Assembly: GCA_964577615.1 (NCBI GenBank)
Contig: CAZNZW010000008.1
Location: 54-64,053 of the forward strand
Length of the DNA: 64,000 bases
Direction of reading: 5' to 3'
Source of the DNA: an uncultured Desulfobacterales bacterium
GTDB lineage: Bacteria > Desulfobacterota > Desulfobacteria > Desulfobacterales > QNYZ01
The notes under the pieces were generated by a model that was not told where the DNA came from, searched no databases, and saw only the letters and a list, made by a program, of their open reading frames with translations. Every line of letters starts with the position of its first letter. Positions within the stretch are counted from its first letter, which is position 1. Made by a program: the position numbers and the translations under genes. Positions 27,437-35,500 of this stretch are shown piece after piece.

Positions 27437-28260
27437 CCGTTACGGTCGATTTCCCGTTGCCCGCCTACCTGCGGGACCATCGCCTCGGCGGCCGGTCCGT
27501 CCTGCCGGCGGTTGACGCCCTCCGGATACTGGCAGACACCGCCGGCAAATCGATGCCGCCAGCAAATATCCGTCACATGCGCGACATCGCGCTGATCCGG
27601 CTGCTGTCCATCCCCCCTGATGATTCGCGCTGCCGGCTGTTTGTCACGCTTGCCCCGGCCCACGGACCGGACGGCGTGGCCGCGTCGCTGTGCACCCGGT
27701 TCCGGTCGAAATCCGGCCGGATTACCCGTCTGAAGACGCATGTATCGGTGATCTTCGGCGGTCCGCCGCCGCCGGCGGCACCGCTCCCGGATCGGCCGCC
27801 CAGGACCGGGTTCGACGTTGACGCCGCCCGGCTCTACCGGGAGCTGGTGCCCTTCGGGCCGGGGTTCCAGAGCCTGACCGGCACGGTGACGCTCTCACCG
27901 GAAGGCGCCACCGGCACGGCGATGACGCCCCCGAAAACCGTTTCCATCGGTGGCCCGACCGGATCGCCGTTTCCGCTCGATGCGGCTTTTCATGCCGCCT
28001 GCGCCTGGGGCCAGCGGTTTCATCACAAAATCGTCTATCCAATGGCCATCACCCGGCGCGTTATCACAACCCCCACCGCCGTTGACGGGCGCTATGCGGT
28101 CACGGTCAGACCGGTGGCCGCCGGAAACGACACATTGACCTTTGATATCTGGATTACGTCTGCCGCCGGCATCGTGTGCGAAACCGTCCGGGGCGTCCGC
28201 ATGGCGCCCATCGATGGAATCTCCACCGATCCGCCGGCCTGGATATCCGCACCGTGCTGA
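27415..28260 (+). CDS. Stand-alone PKS-type (double-hotdog) dehydratase
   Basis: YLRDHRLGGRSVLP (HxxxGxxxxP), YRELVPFGPGFQSL, PFPLDAAFHAA (catalytic Asp position). Confidence 0.75.
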   Translation: MADFSPLTVTVDFPLPAYLRDHRLGGRSVLPAVDALRILADTAGKSMPPANIRHMRDIALIRLLSIPPDDSRCRLFVTLAPAHGPDGVAASLCTRFRSKSGRITRLKTHVSVIFGGPPPPAAPLPDRPPRTGFDVDAARLYRELVPFGPGFQSLTGTVTLSPEGATGTAMTPPKTVSIGGPTGSPFPLDAAFHAACAWGQRFHHKIVYPMAITRRVITTPTAVDGRYAVTVRPVAAGNDTLTFDIWITSAAGIVCETVRGVRMAPIDGISTDPPAWISAPC

Positions 28261-28320
28261 ATCAAAGTGACGAACGGGTACCCGGCGTCAAGCCGGATTT
28301 AAAATAGAAGAGGAGCCGCG

Positions 28321-28896
28321 ATGACCCTGCGTTTTCTGCTGCTGTTGACCACGGCCTATCTCGCCGGATCGATCAATATTTCCATCGGCCTTTTCCGGCT
28401 GCTGGGGAAAAAAGACCCGCGCGACGCCTTCAGCGGCAACCCCGGTGTCACCAACGTCTACCGCCTGGCCGGACCGGCATGGGCCCTGGGGGTATTGCTG
28501 CTCGAAATGGGAAAAGCCGTTTTTATTGCCCTTCTCGCGCACCGTCTCCTGTCCCCCGGCGTCGTCCCCTGGATCGGCAGCGGCCTGATTATCGGCAACC
28601 GCTTCCCCTGCTTTCACCGATTCAGCGGCGGCAAGGGGGTGGCCAATTTTCTCGGGTTTGCCGCCCCGCTTGCCCCGCTCGCCGCCGGGCTCGGCATGCT
28701 GCTCTGGCTGGCCGCATTTACCCTGAGTCGTCAGCCGTTTATCGGGTCCTTCGCCCTGATCGCCGCTCTGGGCATCGGTATGGCCGCCGCCTGCGGAATC
28801 GGCATCCTCCCTTTATCAGGCACCCTCGTCACTGTCGCCCTGATCGTCCACGCCCATAAAAAAAATATCGCCGGCATTCGCGCCAGCGCTGGATAA
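28321..28896 (+). CDS. plsY: Glycerol-3-phosphate acyltransferase, PlsY family
   Basis: AYLAGS, SGNPGVTNVYR, FSGGKGVA, HKKNI; multi-pass membrane; RBS GAGGAG. Confidence 0.85.
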   Translation: MTLRFLLLLTTAYLAGSINISIGLFRLLGKKDPRDAFSGNPGVTNVYRLAGPAWALGVLLLEMGKAVFIALLAHRLLSPGVVPWIGSGLIIGNRFPCFHRFSGGKGVANFLGFAAPLAPLAAGLGMLLWLAAFTLSRQPFIGSFALIAALGIGMAAACGIGILPLSGTLVTVALIVHAHKKNIAGIRASAG

Positions 28897-28948
28897 CGCG
28901 TCAGCCGTGCCGCATCTGTTTCCCGGCGCCCCTGTTTCCGTGTCTCTT

Positions 28949-29611
28949 TCACTCCGCCCGCGGCCGCATCCCGATCGCCCCGGCCGGGCAGATGGTCGCG
29001 CACAGGCCGCATCCATAGCATCGGGCCGGGTCGAAATGCATTTTACCGATAATCATCCGGCGGGCATCAAAAATACAGCGATCCACACACAGGCTGCAAT
29101 GGACACATTTTTCCGCTGCATCCACGGCGATAAAATCGGACCGCACAACGAGATCGGGCCGGTGATACTGTTTCAGAATCTGCAGATCATGGCAGCAGCA
29201 GGCGCAGCAGCTGCACAGGGCATAGATGTCGGGGCCGGGCATATGGAAGGTCAGGTGAACCAGTCCCTCTTTATCGGCGGTTTCCAGGATTTTTTTTGCC
29301 GCTTTTAGAGAAACCGGACGGGCCTGTTTTCTTTTGATCTCTGCGGCGGCCACACTGTTTAGCAGCAGGCAGACATCCACGGGATGGCCGCACCGCTGAT
29401 AATGACTGCGGCAGACACAGGCGGTAACCGCGATGGGGTCTGCGGCCTGCAGAATATCCCGCACCTGGGAGGCCGGCAATATCCACTGACGCGTATCAAT
29501 TGCTTCACGCACTGGAATCACCCGGGCGGAAAAATCGATCTTCCCCTTCGCCATCCACCGCTCGTAGCGCGCCAGCCGGTTTTCCAGAAAGGCGTCTTTT
29601 TCTCCCTTCAT
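28949..29611 (-). CDS. 4Fe-4S dicluster-domain protein
   Basis: CVHCSLCVDRC, CYGCGLCATICP; also CVCR and CSCCACCC. Confidence 0.85.
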   Translation of the reverse strand: MKGEKDAFLENRLARYERWMAKGKIDFSARVIPVREAIDTRQWILPASQVRDILQAADPIAVTACVCRSHYQRCGHPVDVCLLLNSVAAAEIKRKQARPVSLKAAKKILETADKEGLVHLTFHMPGPDIYALCSCCACCCHDLQILKQYHRPDLVVRSDFIAVDAAEKCVHCSLCVDRCIFDARRMIIGKMHFDPARCYGCGLCATICPAGAIGMRPRAE

Positions 29612-30810
29612 CCGGACATCTCCTTTTCATACTGCCGAATCACATCGCCCAGAGTAGTCACGGCCCGGGAAATATCTTTTTCATCGGGGCAGGTAAAGCT
29701 GAGGCGCGCCGTTTCCATGCCGTCGCCTTTGCGGACAAAGAAAAATGTTCCGGGAACAAAGGCCACGTTCCGCGCCACGGCCCGGGCGTAGACCTGCGTC
29801 ATGTCCATGCCTTCCGGTCCCCGCAGCCAGACAAACATGCCGCCTTCAGGCCGGGACCAGTGAAAATACGGCGGGAAAGCGTCTTCCAGCGCCCGGAACA
29901 TGGCGGCCTGCCGGGGCGCATAAATCGACAGAATATGCGGCAGATGGCGGTCAAGGTAGCCGCCTGTCAGATATTCGGCGGCCAGGGCCTGACCAAAGGT
30001 GCTGGTATGCAGGTCCACGCCCTGCCTGGCCGTCACCAGCCATTTTCGAATCGAAGGCGGAGAGATGCAGAATCCGATGCGCAGCCCCGGCGCGAATATC
30101 TTGGAGAACGTCCCGACGTAAACCACGTTATCCGGCGCCATGGAAAAAATGGACGGGACGGCCTCTCCCCGGTATCGCAGGGCGCTGTACGGGTCATCTT
30201 CGATGAGCAGGGCATGATATTTTATCAGCAGGTCGGCAATTTTCTGCCGGAGAGATATCGGGATTGTCCGGCCGGTGGGATTCTGGAAGGTCGGCACCAG
30301 ATAGACGCATTTCACCCGGCCCTGCTTTAAAACCGCTTCAAGCGCATCCGGCGAGACCCCGTCATCGCCGGTCTGAAGGCTGACATAGTTCGGCTGGTAT
30401 GGGGCAAATGCCTGGATGGCGCCCAGATAGGTCGGCGCCTCGATCGCTATTGAATCGCCTCTGGAAATGAGTATTTTCCCCAGGCCATCGAGAATCCCCT
30501 GGGATCCGCTGCCGATGAGCACATCTCCGGTTGACACATCAAGCCCCTCTTTTTCACCAATATATGCGGCCAGGGCTTCCCGGAGCGGCCCGAATCCTTC
30601 CGTCAGGTCGTATTGCAGGGCCCGGTGGCCGTATGTGGTCAGCACCTTGTCAACAAGTTCCGGAAAAATCCGCAGGGGAAAAGAATCCGGTGCGGGCATA
30701 CCGCCGGCCAGGGAGATCATTTTTGGCCGGGCCGCCACCTTCAAAATTTCACGAATGGCACTGGCATCCACGGCCCGCATTCGATCGGCCAGCAGTTGAT
30801 CAAAGTCCAT
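29608..30810 (-). CDS. PLP-dependent aminotransferase class I/II (LysN/ARO8-like)
   Basis: ISLAGGMP, PTFQNPTG, IEDDPY, GTFSKIFAPGLRIG. Confidence 0.9.
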   Translation of the reverse strand: MDFDQLLADRMRAVDASAIREILKVAARPKMISLAGGMPAPDSFPLRIFPELVDKVLTTYGHRALQYDLTEGFGPLREALAAYIGEKEGLDVSTGDVLIGSGSQGILDGLGKILISRGDSIAIEAPTYLGAIQAFAPYQPNYVSLQTGDDGVSPDALEAVLKQGRVKCVYLVPTFQNPTGRTIPISLRQKIADLLIKYHALLIEDDPYSALRYRGEAVPSIFSMAPDNVVYVGTFSKIFAPGLRIGFCISPPSIRKWLVTARQGVDLHTSTFGQALAAEYLTGGYLDRHLPHILSIYAPRQAAMFRALEDAFPPYFHWSRPEGGMFVWLRGPEGMDMTQVYARAVARNVAFVPGTFFFVRKGDGMETARLSFTCPDEKDISRAVTTLGDVIRQYEKEMSG

Positions 30811-30816
30811 TTTATT

Positions 30817-31413
30817 TCACCTTCTCAATTGGGTTAAATACGCGCGCAGCTGCGCAACGGTCTGTCTCCAGATCATCGGGTCCCGGCTGGCCGCATAGAG
30901 CGGCGCCGCCCCGTTGACGGCAATAACGATAAAATCGGCCACTTCCCGGTATTTTACGCCGGGTCTGAGAAGCCCCTTGCCATCGGCCTCTTCCAGCCAG
31001 GTCTGGAGCAGCCGGGAAAAACGGACATACCCCTTGAGAATATGGCGGCTCATGGTGGAAGACTGGCCGGACAGTTCGGTCAGCATATTGAAAAAAAAAC
31101 ATCCCCCGTCAAACACATCGGCGCCGAGGTAATCGTGCATGTTGTTGTACACAGTCTGCTCGATGCGCTGGACGGGATCATCAATGTCGGCAATATTCCT
31201 GAAAACAATGCCCCGCCAGATCGTTACCGCCCGGTCGTAAACCGCATACCAGATATCTTCCTTGCTGCGGAAGTGCCCGTACAGCCCGCCTTTGGTGAGC
31301 CTGGTGGCCGCCAGGATATCGCCGACAGACGTGTTAAAATACCCTTTGACGGTAAACAGTTGAAGAGTCTGCTCAACGATATTGCGCCGGGTGCGACTGC
31401 CTTTGGTGCCCAT
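30817..31413 (-). CDS. TetR/AcrR-family regulator
   Basis: GYFNTSVGDILAATRLTKGGLYGHFRSKEDI HTH; start after GGAGG (ORF track 31470). Confidence 0.92.
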   Translation of the reverse strand: MGTKGSRTRRNIVEQTLQLFTVKGYFNTSVGDILAATRLTKGGLYGHFRSKEDIWYAVYDRAVTIWRGIVFRNIADIDDPVQRIEQTVYNNMHDYLGADVFDGGCFFFNMLTELSGQSSTMSRHILKGYVRFSRLLQTWLEEADGKGLLRPGVKYREVADFIVIAVNGAAPLYAASRDPMIWRQTVAQLRAYLTQLRR

Positions 31414-31512
31414 CTCGATGCCTCCCGTGATCCAGCCGGTCGCGGATGATCGGCTTCCGGAACGGCCCATGAAACCCGGTACTGATCAATACTCACGAAT
31501 CACCAATTACAA

Positions 31513-31534
31513 ATATACCGACCGGTCTTTTTAT
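31513..31534. promoter_or_regulatory. Possible TetR operator
   Basis: ATATACCGACCGGTCTTTTTAT containing GACCGGTC palindrome, upstream of the TetR gene. Confidence 0.35.
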
Positions 31535-31647
31535 ATTTAAACTGGCGAGCCGTGTCAAGCGTTAAGACGTTATCCTCCGATATTTTTTCTGTCTGCGGGA
31601 TGTATCCGGATGGCAGGTAAAAACCAGCACGCCGGCTCCATCAAATT

Positions 31648-31815
31648 GTGACGATACGAATTTTAAAGATACTTGGGGTAAACACCACGGTCAGTAGCAT
31701 TCCAGGCGCTTCCGCCGGGGATCTGGATACCGCGCGGCAATTGTTCAGAACGTACACAGAATGTTTCGATGTCGGTTTGTGCTTTCAGATTTTTGAAACG
31801 GAAAAAGTCCGGTGA
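31648..31815 (+). pseudogene. Truncated GNAT acetyltransferase fragment
   Basis: Frame reads ...DLDTARQLFRTYTECFDVGLCFQIFETEKVR*, matching the GNAT N-terminal pattern ...LFxEYxxxLxxDLCFQxFExEL; stops before the acetyl-CoA-binding motif. Confidence 0.5.
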
Positions 31816-31817
31816 TC

Positions 31818-32318
31818 CTAAGCCTGCGACAGCTTAAGTACCAGCCGCTGCTCGTTGACGGCGGTGCCCCACTCGGTTCCCATACATTGTTCGGTGAGAA
31901 CAAATCCGTTTTTCTCATACAACCGCCGGGCGACATGAAGCCCTTCAAAGGTCCACAAATAAACCGTTGGATATTTTTTTCCCCGGCAAAAACTGATGGC
32001 CGCATGGAGCAACTGATGGCCGATCCGTTTTCCATGCAGATGCTCGGCAACGATAAACCAGCGCAGATGGGCCCCCTTGCTGCCGGCGTGGATGCCGTCA
32101 ATGGAAATGGTGGCAACGACCCGTCCCATTTCAGATACCGTCCAGAACCCGTCGCGTGATTCATCGTATCGATTCAAAAACGTGGACAAACCAGTGGCGA
32201 CCATGGCTTCGAAGTAAAGATCAAATCCCCAGTGGCGGTGGTAGTAGGTGCCGTGAAGTTCGGTAACCTGCCCGATGGCGCCCGGAAAATAGCCTTGATC
32301 CACCCGAATCTCTGACAT
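31818..32318 (-). CDS. GNAT-family N-acetyltransferase
   Basis: AHLRWFIV, GKRIGHQLL, LWTFEGLHVARRLYEKNGF. Confidence 0.88.
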   Translation of the reverse strand: MSEIRVDQGYFPGAIGQVTELHGTYYHRHWGFDLYFEAMVATGLSTFLNRYDESRDGFWTVSEMGRVVATISIDGIHAGSKGAHLRWFIVAEHLHGKRIGHQLLHAAISFCRGKKYPTVYLWTFEGLHVARRLYEKNGFVLTEQCMGTEWGTAVNEQRLVLKLSQA

Positions 32319-32552
32319 TCGAAGCCCTCCGAATCAGCTGGGTGTAAAGAATTGGGTTGAAGTAAATATGGGATTAATATCTTTTCTCTTTTAGCCATAC
32401 CCGCCCTTTTTGTCAACGATCCGGGCCGATCGCGCAACCATCACATCGCCCCTGTCAGATGAATACCGCATGAAGACGCAATCCCGGATAGAATCTTGCC
32501 AAATAGAGACAGGTCGGTTATAGAAAAACGCTTTTTATGCTATGATGCCAAA

Positions 32553-35500
32553 ATGACTTTCAACGAACCGATTGCCGTGGTGGGAATGGGCGGGGTATTC
32601 CCCGGCGCACAAACGCTTTCCACCTTCTGGCAGAATATTCTCAATCGCGTCGAAACCGCCGACGATGTACCGGCTGCCCGGTGGGGAATACCGCCCCGGG
32701 CCATGCTGGCCGAGCAGTTTGCACCGGATAAGGCATACGGCCGGCGCGCCTGTTTAATTCAAAATTTCCAGTTCGACCCATCCGGCCTGAACATCTCATC
32801 AACGGCTGCCCGCGATCTGGACCCGCTTTATCACCTGGCCCTGCATGCCGGCCGGGAGGCCCTGGCCGGAAGTATTTCGCCGGGCCTTAACCGGGACCGG
32901 ACCGGCGTGATTTTAGCGGCCATCGCATTGCCCACCGACGGGGCATCGGATGCAGCCCGAAGGATCGTCGGGCAGTCTCTGGCCGATTCCGTTATGGCGG
33001 TCATGGGGGACACGCCATCCCGTCAGAATCGTCCGTTACCGGACCGCACGTTCCTGTCCGGGCAGGTCACATCGCTTCCGGCTGCGCTGATCGCCAGGGC
33101 GCTCGATCTGGGGGGCGGCACCCTGACCCTGGACGCCGCCTGCGCCTCGTCGCTTTACGCCATTAAACTGGCCTGCGACGAACTGGCCGCCCGCCGTGCC
33201 GATGCCATGCTGGCCGGGGGCGTCTCCCGGCCCGACTGCCTCTATACCCAGGTGGGGTTTACCCAGCTGCGCGCGCTGTCACCGTCGGGCCGATGCGCGC
33301 CCTTTGACCGGACCGCCGACGGCCTGGTGGTGGGCGAAGGCGCCGGCATCGTCATGCTGAAACGACTCGCCGATGCAGTATCGGCCGGCGATGTGATTCA
33401 CGGCGTTATCCGGGGCATCGGGTGGTCCAACGATCTTCGCGGCAACCTGCTGGCCCCGAGCAGCGAAGGCCAGATCCGGGCCATGCAGCAGGCCTACCGC
33501 TCTTCCGGCTGGTCTCCCCACGATGTGGACCTGATCGAATGCCACGGCGCGGGGACGCCCCTGGGCGATGCCACGGAGCTGGCCAGCCTGCAGACCCTGT
33601 GGGGTCACCCGGAAACATCCCGGAGAACCTGCGCCATTGGATCCGTCAAATCGATGATCGGTCATTTGCTGACCGGTGCCGCGGCCGCCGGGCTGATTAA
33701 AACCTTGCTGGCCATCAAGAATCACACCCTGCCGCCATCGATCAACTTTGACCAGCCGCCTGCGGACAGCCCGCTGATTGACGGGCCGTTCAGGGTGCAG
33801 ACCAACGCCGCGGCCTGGTCCCAACGGGATTCGAACACCCCGCGCCGGGCAGCGGTGAACGCCTTTGGATTTGGGGGAATCAATGCCCATCTGCTGGTTG
33901 AGGAGTATGTTGACGCGGCGGCCGGTGGGCCGGTGGGCCAGCCGGCCAGCCGGCCAGTCAGCCAGTCGGCCAGTGGGGCAATCGTGCAGCCGGCCGGGCA
34001 GCCGGTGGCCATCGTCGGGATGGCGGCGGCTTTTGGGCGGCTGACGTCTCTCGAATCATTCGAAAACGCCGTTTTTAACGGAGAATCCGCCATCGGGCGC
34101 CGTCCCGATGCCCGGTGGAAGGGTTGTGACGCATATGCTCCCGGATTGCCGGGTACCGCCGGGATGTCCGGGGCCTTCATGGATCAGATCCAGATCCAGC
34201 CCGGCGAATTTCGCATTCCCCCGACCGAAATCGTCGATATTCTCCCCCAGCACCTGCTCATGCTCCAAACCGCCTGCCGGGCGGCCCGGGACGCCGGCCT
34301 GGCGACAGAAGCCAGACCCCGCGCCGGGACGATCATCGGGATCGAGTTTGATTATGAAGCCACGAATTTTCACCTGCGCTGGGATCTGTTCAACGCGGTT
34401 CAGCGCTGGAATGATGAAAAAAACCTGGGGCTCAGCCGCCGCGATATGGACCAGTGGCGGCAGCAGCTCCAGAAGATTACCGGCCCGCCCCTGACCCACG
34501 AACGCACCCTGGGCGCCCTGGGCAGCATGGTCGCCAGCCGGGTGGCCCGTGAACTGCGGCTGGGCGGCCCGAGTTTTGTCATATCCGACGGACCGGCCTC
34601 TGGACTGCGGGCCCTGGAAATCGGTGTCCGATCCCTCCAGCGGGGGGAAACCGACGCCATGCTCATCGGTGCGGTGGATCTGTTCGGGGATATCCGCAAT
34701 CTGGCGACGGCATCGGACGGATTACGGTTTTCATCGACCGACACCCTGCGCCCCTTTCACTCCGATACTGACGGCACCCTGCCCGGCGACGGCGCCGGTG
34801 CGGTGGTGATCAAACGGCTGGACGACGCGCTGAAAGCGAACGATCGCATCTATGCGGTGATTCAGGGACTTTCGGCCACCACCGGAAACAGATCCGATTC
34901 GAATTCAATGACGGCGGCCTATGCGCGGGCCGTCCATCAGGCCACGGCAGCGGCCGGATGGCGTGTCGACGATGTGGGGTTTCTGGAAGTTCACGGCAGC
35001 GGCGATCCTGGAGAAGACCGGTTGGAGAAAGCGGCGCTGACCACCCTGTTTCCGGCGGCCCCCCGGCCGGCCGGTCCATGCTTTCTTGGCACATCGAAGC
35101 CAACGGTCGGCTATGTGGGGGCGGCGGCATCCATGGCGTCTTTAATTAAAACCGCCTGCTGCCTGTTCCGGCGGCAATTGCCCCCCTGGACGGCACCGGC
35201 GGAAATCGATCCCGACATCCGGTCAAACGGATCGTTTCAGCTGACCGGTCACACGATTTCCTGGCCTTCCCCAGCGGCTGGCACTCAGTACCGGGCAGGA
35301 ATCGTTGCCCTGACCCCTTCGGGTGGCTGTGCCTGCATCGCCCTGGAAAACGGGCCTGAGTCAGGCCCCACTTGTGCGGCACCCGCGCCGCACCCGCTGG
35401 AAACCACGACCGCCGCCACGCCGATCACCCTGACCATCGGGGGATTGCCCGAATCGCCGCCGCTGCCACCGGAACGACTGCGGAAAACCGTTCGCCCGGT

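Noticed and set aside
13689-28896. Direct claim that the cluster makes ladderanes or aryl polyenes
   Set aside because: No aryl-starter AMP-ligase or glycosyltransferase of aryl-polyene clusters is present, and ladderanes are known only from anammox bacteria with an unresolved pathway; only resemblance can be claimed.
33925-34010. Short imperfect tandem repeats (GCCGGCCA/CCGGTGGG) inside pfaC
   Set aside because: In-frame low-complexity linker between the two KS domains; ordinary for PKS.
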